NCBI GenBank assembly: GCA_028698615.1
Contig: JAQVWF010000003.1
Location: 58,655-122,654, forward strand
Reading direction: 5' to 3'
Length of the DNA stretch: 64,000 nucleotides
DNA from: Syntrophorhabdaceae bacterium
GTDB lineage: Bacteria > Desulfobacterota > Syntrophorhabdia > Syntrophorhabdales > Syntrophorhabdaceae
Under the pieces are notes generated by a model, which ran no database searches, was not told the origin of the DNA, and saw nothing but the letters and a program-made list of their open reading frames with translations. The stretch's first letter is position 1, and every line of letters begins with the position of its first letter. Shown piece by piece: positions 28,787 to 38,005 of this stretch. The position numbers and the translations under genes are program-made.

Positions 28787-30535
28787 ATGGCAAGAGACGT
28801 ATCTTTCAAGACGGGCAGGCGCACACCTACCCTTTTCAAGCTTCTTAAGGACCGCTACACGAAAGATGGCATCGATGGAGGTTATATCGCCTCCAAATGG
28901 GAGGAATGGGGTAAGAACTCCTCCATCGCCGTATTCCGTGCCGTCAAGAACAACAGGGTCGTGGGATGGATCTTCTACGACAAGAAGACCAGCACCGTCG
29001 AGGAAATACTCACCGAAAGCACATGGAAAGGCAAGGATCCCCGCCCTGCCATGCTCGATACCCTCATCTCACGCGAAAGCCTGGTAGCTGCCTCTCTTTT
29101 GAAGGCGGACCAGGAAAAATATGCTCTTCTTCTCGAATACGGCTTCAGGCCTACCCTTTTCCCCAGCCGCAACGGTTACGACCTCGTTAAGATGGAATTG
29201 AGCACATCGGTGCTCATGAAGAAAACGGGGACGGGAAAGCCCTTCCACACGTACCGAAAAAAGGAACGCGTCGCCATTGAAAAGGTGCCCCCCACCCAGA
29301 CGTATGACGAGATCAAAAGGGGTGTTGCAGGTCTCATAGACAAGCTCGGTGGATTGCGAAAGTTCGTCAAACCCGGACAGAGCGTCGCCATCAAGCCGAA
29401 CGTTGTGAGCGACCACGGCTACAAGGACGGGAAGGTCGTGGGCGGCATCGTCACCGATATCCGTGTCGTCAAGGCGCTTACCGAGATCGTCCTCGGCCTC
29501 GCATCACACGTCTACATTGCCGAAGGGTCTTCGATCAACCGCAGTGCGACGTCAAAGATGTTCAGCCATTACGGCTATGAAGAGATCGTGGCGCTTGATC
29601 CCGCGAAGGTCAGCCTCATCGACCTGAACACCGACAGGCTCCTGGAAAAGCAGGTCCCGGGGTGCAAAAGAATGTCATCCCGGAAGATCCCCGCAACGCT
29701 GGAGATGGTCGATGTCATCATCAGCGTCCCCGTGATGAAGATCCATTTCGCCGCCATTTCCTCCCTCGCCATAAAGAACCTCCAGGGGGCTGTACCCCCC
29801 ATCGAGAAATACATGTCCCATTTCTTCGGCCTGTGGCAAAGCCTCGTAAATATCCATCATCTCGTCAAACCCAAACTGATCATCATAGACGGTCTGACCG
29901 GCCTCGAGGACTTCGGGCCCGTGTCGGGAACACCCAAGAAAATGGACGTTCTCGTAGGAGGCACAAATCCTGTTGCCGTCGATTCCGTCGCCATGCAGAT
30001 CATGGGGCTTGAACCCAGGACGTCTCCCCCCGTGTTCCTTGCCTGGATGCAGGGACTGGGGCCTATCGAGAAGAACAAGATCAACATCGTCGGCGCCTCC
30101 GTGGAAGAAGTGGCGCGCCCTTTTTTCCAGCCCCCGATAGACGTCAGCGGCGGCGCCTTCCTCGAGATCCATTCCGACGAGGCGTGCCCCGGCTGCAAGG
30201 GATATCTTCATTTCGTTCTTTCCAAGCTCCGAAGACCGGACCCATCCGACCCCAGCCGGTCCATTATTGACAGGCCCTTCCCTAAAAAGGTCAACATCTG
30301 GCTTGGTCCAACCTCACCAGGGGTCAACCCTGACGAGGTAAATATCTTCCTCGGCGTCTGCCAGCAGCACAATGCGGGGTCCGGCACACATCTGCCCGGA
30401 TGTCCTCCCCATGCCGAGGTGCTGACAAATGGTATCTTCGGCCTTTTCCCCGACATCGAACGCCCGAAATACGCCGACGAGACAGAGGAATCAAAACTGG
30501 GAAAGATGCTCGAGGATATACTCCAGAAGCTTTGA
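28787..30535 (+). CDS. DUF362 domain protein with N-terminal GNAT-like module and C-terminal Cys-rich tail
   Basis: Central SVAIKPNVV...IISVPVMKIH...DGLTG pattern typical of DUF362. N-terminal ~150 aa are acetyltransferase-fold-like. The tail contains CPGC...C...CPPH. Extended -10 TGGTATAAT at 28721-28729. Confidence 0.65.
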   Translation: MARDVSFKTGRRTPTLFKLLKDRYTKDGIDGGYIASKWEEWGKNSSIAVFRAVKNNRVVGWIFYDKKTSTVEEILTESTWKGKDPRPAMLDTLISRESLVAASLLKADQEKYALLLEYGFRPTLFPSRNGYDLVKMELSTSVLMKKTGTGKPFHTYRKKERVAIEKVPPTQTYDEIKRGVAGLIDKLGGLRKFVKPGQSVAIKPNVVSDHGYKDGKVVGGIVTDIRVVKALTEIVLGLASHVYIAEGSSINRSATSKMFSHYGYEEIVALDPAKVSLIDLNTDRLLEKQVPGCKRMSSRKIPATLEMVDVIISVPVMKIHFAAISSLAIKNLQGAVPPIEKYMSHFFGLWQSLVNIHHLVKPKLIIIDGLTGLEDFGPVSGTPKKMDVLVGGTNPVAVDSVAMQIMGLEPRTSPPVFLAWMQGLGPIEKNKINIVGASVEEVARPFFQPPIDVSGGAFLEIHSDEACPGCKGYLHFVLSKLRRPDPSDPSRSIIDRPFPKKVNIWLGPTSPGVNPDEVNIFLGVCQQHNAGSGTHLPGCPPHAEVLTNGIFGLFPDIERPKYADETEESKLGKMLEDILQKL

Positions 30536-30635
30536 ACGGAGCCTCGGTCAACTATGTTTGATTCTCCCCGCGAGATAGGGGAACAGGACGATATGATAAC
30601 CGGCAATCGATCCCATGCCGGCAGCAACGATGTCT

Positions 30636-30650
30636 TGTGAAACGGTCACA
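30636..30650. promoter_or_regulatory. palindrome TGTGA-N5-TCACA upstream of metV-metF
   Basis: TGTGAAACGGTCACA. TAnnnT -10 candidates (30669-30676) lie about 30 nt downstream of its centre. Confidence 0.35.
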
Positions 30651-30705
30651 TGCTTTTTATAGACCACATATAGTCTATTAATAGCGTACCACTGGTTTTT
30701 TAACC

Positions 30706-30733
30706 TGTAACATGTAACATGAAACATGAAACA
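30706..30733. repeat. four tandem heptamers TGTAACA TGTAACA TGAAACA TGAAACA
   Basis: Exact 7-nt periodicity read directly, 19 nt upstream of the metV ATG. Includes two ATG-TAA start-stop pairs. Confidence 0.85.
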
Positions 30734-30751
30734 GTCATTCGAGGAGTCTTT

Positions 30752-31420
30752 ATGATCGTTGCCGACCGCAAGCCTTTCGATGAGATCATTGGGATGGTCG
30801 CGCCCTGCGAGAGGATACTTCTTATCGGGTGCAACGAATGCGCCACTGTCTGTGCCGTGGGGGGCGCGAAAGAGGGAGCTCTCCTTGCGTCGCAGATCCG
30901 CATGAGAAGACACACAGAGGGACGACCCATCGAGGTCGATGAGAAAACCCTCGAGCGCCAGTGTGACCCGGAGTACGTGAACGCACTCGCCGGGACAATG
31001 GACGGGTACGACGCAATCCTGTCCATCGCCTGCGGTTGCGGTATCCAGCTTATCGCCGAAACCTACCCGGGCAAGAGGGTTCTGCCCGGTGTCAATACCC
31101 GCTTCATGGGCATTACCGAGGAACATGGAATATGGGCGGAGCGATGCCAGGGATGCGGAAACTGCGTTCTCGACAGGACATGCGGGATATGCCCCATCAC
31201 GAGGTGCGCGAAGAGTATTCTGAATGGTCCCTGCGGTGGTTCGCAAGACGGCAAATGCGAGCTTCGCAACGACACACCCTGCGCCTGGCAGCTCATCATC
31301 GACAGGCTTGGGGCCCTCGGAGAGCTTGACAGGTACGGCGAGATCGAAAAGCCCCGGGATTGGTCCTCATCCCGTGACGGAGGACCCCGCAGGAGGGTGA
31401 GAGAGGACATGAGGATATGA
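30752..31420 (+). CDS. metV: methylenetetrahydrofolate reductase small (zinc-ribbon/FeS) subunit MetV-like
   Basis: Cys-rich (GCNECATVCAVGG, CGCG, CQGCGNCVLDRTCGICP, CGG). ATGA overlap with metF. Start moved to ATG 30752 after GAGGAG. Confidence 0.75.
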   Translation: MIVADRKPFDEIIGMVAPCERILLIGCNECATVCAVGGAKEGALLASQIRMRRHTEGRPIEVDEKTLERQCDPEYVNALAGTMDGYDAILSIACGCGIQLIAETYPGKRVLPGVNTRFMGITEEHGIWAERCQGCGNCVLDRTCGICPITRCAKSILNGPCGGSQDGKCELRNDTPCAWQLIIDRLGALGELDRYGEIEKPRDWSSSRDGGPRRRVREDMRI

Positions 31421-32343
31421 CAGCGCCGGACAACCTGGAGAAGGTCCTCAGCAGGGGACATTTTGCGGTCACGGCGGAATGCGGCCCGCCGAGAGGGGCC
31501 GACCCGGAAAGCATCCGCAGGAAAGGCGGATATCTCAAGGGGTCCGTCGACGCCGTGAACGTTACCGATAATCAGACGGCCGTTGTCCGCATGTCGAGCA
31601 TGGCGGCGTGCCTCATTCTCAAGGAAGCCGGGTTAGAGCCAATACTGCAGATGACCGTCCGCGACCGCAACCGCATAGCCCTTCAAAGCGACATCCTCGG
31701 CGCCGCCGCGCTGGGAATCAGGAATATCCTGTGCCTCAGCGGCGACCACCAGTCATTCGGCGACCACCCCGGCGCAAAGAACGTCCATGACATAGACTCC
31801 GTTCAACTCGTGGACACGGTGCGCACCATGCGCGACGAAGGAAGGTTCCTCGGCGGCGATGAGATCAAGGGCAGGCCGGAGCTCTTCATCGGCTGCGTCG
31901 AAAATCCCTTCGCGGACCCTTTCGAGATAAGGGCGCTGAGGCTTGCAAAAAAGATCAAGGCGGGGGCGCGTTTCGTCCAGACGCAGTGCATTTTCAACGT
32001 CGAGAAATTTGCCCGATGGATGGCGATGGTCCGAGATCTCGGTCTTCACGAAAAGGCCTTTGTCCTTGCCGGGATCACCCCCATGAAGTCGCCGGGAATG
32101 GCACGATACATGAAGAATTCTGTTCCGGGGATGGATGTCCCCGATCACCTTGTGGAGCGCATGGCCTCCGTTCCGAAAGAGCGCCATCGGGAAGAAGGTA
32201 TCGCGATCTGTCTTGAAACCATTGAGGAGGTCAAAGCCATCGAGGGCGTGGCGGGAATACACATCATGGCCATCGAATGGGAAGAGATCGTCCCCGATAT
32301 CGTCAGGGGCGCAGGCCTCAAGACAAGACCGCAGGAGCCCTGA
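31417..32343 (+). CDS. metF: methylenetetrahydrofolate reductase (acetogen/anaerobe type)
   Basis: FAVTAECGPPRG, VNVTDNQ, LCLSGDH and FVQTQCIF motifs. Confidence 0.9.
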   Translation: MTAPDNLEKVLSRGHFAVTAECGPPRGADPESIRRKGGYLKGSVDAVNVTDNQTAVVRMSSMAACLILKEAGLEPILQMTVRDRNRIALQSDILGAAALGIRNILCLSGDHQSFGDHPGAKNVHDIDSVQLVDTVRTMRDEGRFLGGDEIKGRPELFIGCVENPFADPFEIRALRLAKKIKAGARFVQTQCIFNVEKFARWMAMVRDLGLHEKAFVLAGITPMKSPGMARYMKNSVPGMDVPDHLVERMASVPKERHREEGIAICLETIEEVKAIEGVAGIHIMAIEWEEIVPDIVRGAGLKTRPQEP

Positions 32344-32352
32344 AACTTCTCC

Positions 32353-33138
32353 TCACTCCTCACCCTTCACTTCCTTCATCACTTCGAACATCCTGCGGAA
32401 GATCCCAGGTTCGAGGGTTTCGGCCCTGACAGAGCGGGGAAAGGTCATTTTTTCGTAGAGGGCTTCCACCTCAGCTCCGGTGCAGCGCTCCAGGAGGGCG
32501 TGGCGCATGAATTTCCGCTTGTGGCTGAAGGCACCGCGAATGAATGCGATAAGGGCGTCATCGACATCCCCTGCATCGTCACGGAAACGCATGGCGAAGT
32601 AGATGCTTTCCACCTTCGGCGGCGGGATGAAAACCTGCGGTTTGAGGCGCATGAGAACCCTGACATGGGCGACGAGTTGCAGGACCACCGACAAGGACCC
32701 ATATGCCCTCGTCCCGGGATTCGCTGTTATCCGTTCACCTATTTCCTTCTGCACCGTAAGGAAGGCGCTCTCGATGGACCTTCTTTCATCGATGAGCTTA
32801 AAAACAATGGGCCCCGTGATCCCGTAAGGGATGTTGCCCATCACCTTGACGGTGTGCTCCCGGGCAAATTGGGCGATATCAACGGACAGTATATCGCCGG
32901 GGACGATCTCGATGTTGGAAGATGCCCGTGCAACCGTCTCCAGGTAGGGAATCATGTCACGGTCGAGCTCGATGGCGATGACCCGCGCGGCGCACGAGGC
33001 GATGGCCCGCGTCAGGTCACCCCGTCCGGCGCCTATCTCCACCACCGTGTCCCCGGGGACGATCCCGGCGAGGGCAACCATCTTCCGCAGGATGTTGCCA
33101 TCCTTTATGAGATTTTGTGAAAACCGCTTTTTCAGCAT
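32353..33138 (-). CDS. rsmA: 16S rRNA (adenine1518/1519-N6)-dimethyltransferase
   Basis: KKRFSQNLI, VVEIGAGRGDLT and GNIPYGITGP. Start moved to ATG 33138. Confidence 0.9.
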   Translation of the reverse strand: MLKKRFSQNLIKDGNILRKMVALAGIVPGDTVVEIGAGRGDLTRAIASCAARVIAIELDRDMIPYLETVARASSNIEIVPGDILSVDIAQFAREHTVKVMGNIPYGITGPIVFKLIDERRSIESAFLTVQKEIGERITANPGTRAYGSLSVVLQLVAHVRVLMRLKPQVFIPPPKVESIYFAMRFRDDAGDVDDALIAFIRGAFSHKRKFMRHALLERCTGAEVEALYEKMTFPRSVRAETLEPGIFRRMFEVMKEVKGEE

Positions 33139-33148
33139 GGCCGCCGGA

Positions 33149-34144
33149 TCATCGCATCGCCATCCGCGAATATCCCTTGATATCGAGACGAGAGTACATC
33201 CCTGCCGCGGCATGGAAGGAGGCGAGCGATGCGATCATGGCCCCGTTGTCGGTGCAGAACTGAGGGGATGAGATCATGACGTCGAAGCCCTCCCGTCGTG
33301 AGCGTTCAGTGAACAAGTCGCGCAGCCTGCCGTTTGCTGCAACACCGCCGCCGACAACGATCCGTTTCACATTGTTGAGCCTCGCGGCCCTGAAGGTCTT
33401 GAAGACCAGAACATCGCAGATGGCCTCCTGAAATGAGGCCAGAACGTCATTTATCGTGGAGTCGTCGATCACATGCTTTTTGGCATAGGTGAGGAAGGCC
33501 GTCTTGAGACCGCTGAAACTGAAATCGCAATTACTGTCGTCCATCATGGGACGGGGGAAGGCAACGTAGTCTTTTGAGCCGCTTCGCGCCATCTCCTCGA
33601 TGACCCTCCCGCCGGGGTAGCCGATGCCGAGGAATTTTGCGATCTTGTCGAAGGCCTCCCCGGCGGCGTCGTCCCGCGCGGAACCCAGTACCTTGAAGCG
33701 GCAGGGGGCCTCCATGAGGAGGATGATGGTGTGTCCCCCCGAGACAACAAGGGCGACGAAGGGGAATTCCACCTCACGCTCGAGGAAGATGCTCATGGCG
33801 TGGGCTTCGATGTGGTTCACCCCGATAAGGGGTCTTCCCAGAGCAAGGCACAGCCCTTTGGCGAAACAGAGGCCGACGAGAACGCTTCCGATGAGACCGG
33901 GCCCGGCGGTGACGGCTACGAGGTCTATGTCCCCTGACACGGCACCCCCCTGAGAGAGGACGTCCTGGTATATGGAGTCTATGAGTTCTACGTGTTTTCG
34001 GGACGCTATCTCGGGAACGACCCCGCCGAAGTGCTTGTGCAGGTCAGCCTGGCTGGAGACGATGTGGGACCGGATCCTCCTGCCGTCTTCCAGGAGTGCC
34101 ACCGATGTGTCGTCGCAGGAGGTATCAATGCCGAGGATCACCAT
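33149..34144 (-). CDS. tsaD: tRNA N6-adenosine threonylcarbamoyltransferase
   Basis: ILGIDTSCDDTSVAL, GVNHIEAH and VSGGHT motifs. Confidence 0.95.
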   Translation of the reverse strand: MVILGIDTSCDDTSVALLEDGRRIRSHIVSSQADLHKHFGGVVPEIASRKHVELIDSIYQDVLSQGGAVSGDIDLVAVTAGPGLIGSVLVGLCFAKGLCLALGRPLIGVNHIEAHAMSIFLEREVEFPFVALVVSGGHTIILLMEAPCRFKVLGSARDDAAGEAFDKIAKFLGIGYPGGRVIEEMARSGSKDYVAFPRPMMDDSNCDFSFSGLKTAFLTYAKKHVIDDSTINDVLASFQEAICDVLVFKTFRAARLNNVKRIVVGGGVAANGRLRDLFTERSRREGFDVMISSPQFCTDNGAMIASLASFHAAAGMYSRLDIKGYSRMAMR

Positions 34145-34157
34145 GGGCAGGACTTCT

Positions 34158-35558
34158 TTACAGTTCCTTCGGGTTTTTGAGTATCTTGATCTTCCCGTCT
34201 TTGAGCATGGCCTGTTTCGACTCCTCGATAAAGGACCTCAGGAGCTGCTCCTTATGTCTCGCCGCGTAATACCGGCTGAAGCCTTCCTTGTTCTTCTCCC
34301 ATTCCTGCCGGTCCGGGGCCTGTTCGCCCATAAAGGAGAATATATAGTAATCGCCGTTTATCTCGACCGGCCTTTTATAGACAGGGTTCTCCTTTGTAAG
34401 TCCGAGGAGGTCCATATCACCCTTCGGGACCACTCCGAGCCTGGGGATCGATGAGGCCGTTCTCGACACAAAACCCGCAGGGGTCTTCCCCGTCGACCCG
34501 GCCTTGAGTGCGTCTTCAGCCGCCAGGCGAGCCATCTCCTTTGCCTTCTGGCCGACTATCCTGCTCCTTAAGCTGGCCAGCGCCTCGCTTTTCTCCATGG
34601 GCTTGCCGTCCTGCCGCTCCACGACCTGAAAGATGTATGACTTCCCGTCATCGCGCACGGGAAGGGAGATATCGCCACGCCTGAGATCCTTGAGCCATGC
34701 CTCGATCTTGAGGGCCTTGTATGTCTTGAAAAGTTCGCTCTGGCGCACATTACCCGTATCGGATACGGTGAGGCCCTTTTGCCGCCCGTAGGCATCGATA
34801 TCCTTCATCTTGAGAAGGTCCATGTAGGCCTGGTCGTCCCTGAGACCGCTCGCACCGTCAAGAATGACAAACTTCAGGCGGTAGGTGTTCTCCCCGCGAA
34901 ACCGTTCCTTTTCTTTTTCGTATATGTCGTTCAATTCCTTATCGCTTACCGAGACCTTCCCTTTGTAAGAATCGGGATCGAAGCGCGAATAGGCGAGACC
35001 CACCTTGCCCTTCTCCCGAACGTACCCGGACCAGATGTCGGCGTCGGAGACCGGCGCACCCGTGTCCTTGATGACACTGACGACCTTGCGCAAAAGGAGC
35101 ATGGTCTTTTCGGACTTCTCGAACTGTTCCGGTTCGAGCTTGTTCTGTTTCAGCACCGCGACATAACGCTCCTGGTCGAACTTCCCTTCCGTCTGAAAGG
35201 CCTCGACGCCGCCGAGGAGATCGGCGAATTCCTGGTCGCTCACGGAGATTCCCAGCTTTTTGGCCTCGCCGAGAAGGATATACCTGTTGATCATGTCGCC
35301 GAGGACCTTCTCCTTGAGATCCGCGAGGAGCATGTCGTCCATCTTGTCCCGATAAAGCTTCCGGAACATCTCGGCCTCTTTGTTGTAAGTCTCCCGGTAC
35401 TCCAGCTCCGTAATATTAAAACTGCCGACCTCGGCGATCACGGTCTCCTTCTCCCGGATGGATCCCGCCCCGAAATAGAAAATGAAAACAATGATGATCA
35501 CGCCGAATATGATCTTGATCAAGTAGCTTTTTGCATATTTTCTCATGAACTTGAGCAT
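34158..35558 (-). CDS. PpiD/SurA-N-domain periplasmic chaperone-like protein
   Basis: N-terminal TM anchor and a SurA_N-like helical domain. No clear parvulin catalytic motif seen. Confidence 0.65.
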   Translation of the reverse strand: MLKFMRKYAKSYLIKIIFGVIIIVFIFYFGAGSIREKETVIAEVGSFNITELEYRETYNKEAEMFRKLYRDKMDDMLLADLKEKVLGDMINRYILLGEAKKLGISVSDQEFADLLGGVEAFQTEGKFDQERYVAVLKQNKLEPEQFEKSEKTMLLLRKVVSVIKDTGAPVSDADIWSGYVREKGKVGLAYSRFDPDSYKGKVSVSDKELNDIYEKEKERFRGENTYRLKFVILDGASGLRDDQAYMDLLKMKDIDAYGRQKGLTVSDTGNVRQSELFKTYKALKIEAWLKDLRRGDISLPVRDDGKSYIFQVVERQDGKPMEKSEALASLRSRIVGQKAKEMARLAAEDALKAGSTGKTPAGFVSRTASSIPRLGVVPKGDMDLLGLTKENPVYKRPVEINGDYYIFSFMGEQAPDRQEWEKNKEGFSRYYAARHKEQLLRSFIEESKQAMLKDGKIKILKNPKEL

Positions 35559-35582
35559 TGGTTTTATTACCTCTAAAGATTA

Positions 35583-35611
35583 TTGATTTTGAAACTTTAA
35601 AATAGTATATT
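35583..35611 (+). promoter_or_regulatory. sigma70-type promoter TTGATT-17-TATATT upstream of mreB
   Basis: -35 at 35583-35588 and -10 at 35606-35611, in an AT-rich intergenic region. Confidence 0.45.
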
Positions 35612-35660
35612 AAGGCTGTTTTTTCAATAACTTTTAAATTCGCGGTTAAGGGGAGAGTAG

Positions 35661-36701
<1,041 letters not shown>

Positions 36702-36713
36702 GATAGTGGCGAT

Positions 36714-37514
36714 TTGAGAAATTCGATAGCTATAATCATAGCCATTCTCGTTCTTGTCGTATCATTCCTTTCTTTTACCAACGCGCCCTTTGTGGCAAGG
36801 TTCTATTCTACGCTGAAAAGTGGCGTGAGCAGTATTTTCGGGCCGGTGCTCAACGTTGCGAGCAAACCTGTCAGTGCGCTCGGAGGGGTCTTTGATTCCT
36901 ATGTCAACCTCGTCGGGGTTAAAAAAGAGAATGAGAAACTCTATGAAAAATACGAAAAGCTCTACGTGCAGAACCAGAAGCTTGTCGAAACGGAGCGCGA
37001 GAATGAGCGACTCAGGAAGCTTCTCGGATTTATACAGAAAAAACCGAATACAATGATCGCGGCCGGTGTCATCGGGGAAGATCTGAAGAACTGGTTCCGT
37101 TGCATAATCATCGACAAGGGCCGTAAACAGAACGTTCGGGAGAAAATGCCCGTGGTGACGCCGAAGGGGATAGTGGGACAGGTTGTCGAGGTGGACCTCT
37201 GGCACGCGAAGGTCATGGTTCTCAATGACACGAACTCCTCCATAGACGTCAACGTCGAGGGCAAGAACACCCGGGGGCTCCTCGAGGGCACGGGCCAGAA
37301 CACTGTAAAACTGAAATATGTCATAAAGAATGACGATATCGAAATAGGCGACAAGCTTGTAACCTCCGGTAAGGACGGCATTTACCCCAAAGGAATACCG
37401 GCGGGGATCGTCATCACCGCCAACAAGAACAAGGCCGGGATCTTTGCTGATATCGACGTCATGCCCTACAACAACTTTCGACAGCTTGACGAAGTCCTGC
37501 TTATTAAGAAATGA
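36714..37514 (+). CDS. mreC: rod shape-determining protein MreC
   Basis: TM segment, coiled coil (ENEKLYEKYEKL...ENERLRKLL) and beta domain (VVTPKGIVGQV, LVTSGKDGIYPKGIP). TTG start. Confidence 0.85.
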   Translation: MRNSIAIIIAILVLVVSFLSFTNAPFVARFYSTLKSGVSSIFGPVLNVASKPVSALGGVFDSYVNLVGVKKENEKLYEKYEKLYVQNQKLVETERENERLRKLLGFIQKKPNTMIAAGVIGEDLKNWFRCIIIDKGRKQNVREKMPVVTPKGIVGQVVEVDLWHAKVMVLNDTNSSIDVNVEGKNTRGLLEGTGQNTVKLKYVIKNDDIEIGDKLVTSGKDGIYPKGIPAGIVITANKNKAGIFADIDVMPYNNFRQLDEVLLIKK

Positions 37515-38005
37515 AGACTTTTGTATATATCATCATTGGCATACTGCTTCTCGTTCTCGAGACGGTGATCTCTCCTTATATCTCTCTCGACGTCCTGAGA
37601 CCGGAACTGGGAATGCCCATCGTACTGTATATCACATTCTTCCTCGGGCCGCGGTCGGGGCTTGTCGCGGCAATCGTCATCGGCCTTGTCGAAGAGAGCC
37701 TTTCCGGGGCGCCCAATGGCTCGCTCCTTTTCGTCAGCGTCTTCATTTACCTCATCGCCGTGGCAATGCGCAGGAAATTCTTTGTCGAATCCAAATACAG
37801 CTTCGCCTACCTGTCAAGCGCGTCCGTCCTTATGCAGTCCTTTCTTTTCCTGGCCCTTTCATTCTTTGCCCGCGGTGAGACGCGCGGCGCTCTCAACATA
37901 CTCTTTTACACGGTGCCCAATGCCATTGTCACCGGATTCGTGTCCATCCTGCTCTTCTCCTTCATCGAGTACCTCAACGACAGCTTCCCGGAGAGGAACC
38001 AATGA
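37511..38005 (+). CDS. mreD: rod shape-determining protein MreD
   Basis: Polytopic membrane protein of 164 aa, located between mreC and mrdA with overlapping stops and starts. Confidence 0.75.
   Translation: MKTFVYIIIGILLLVLETVISPYISLDVLRPELGMPIVLYITFFLGPRSGLVAAIVIGLVEESLSGAPNGSLLFVSVFIYLIAVAMRRKFFVESKYSFAYLSSASVLMQSFLFLALSFFARGETRGALNILFYTVPNAIVTGFVSILLFSFIEYLNDSFPERNQ

Noticed and set aside
30548-31246. 232-aa minus-strand ORF overlapping metV
   Set aside because: The plus-strand frame encodes the Cys-rich MetV-like protein coupled to metF. The minus-strand ORF has no features.
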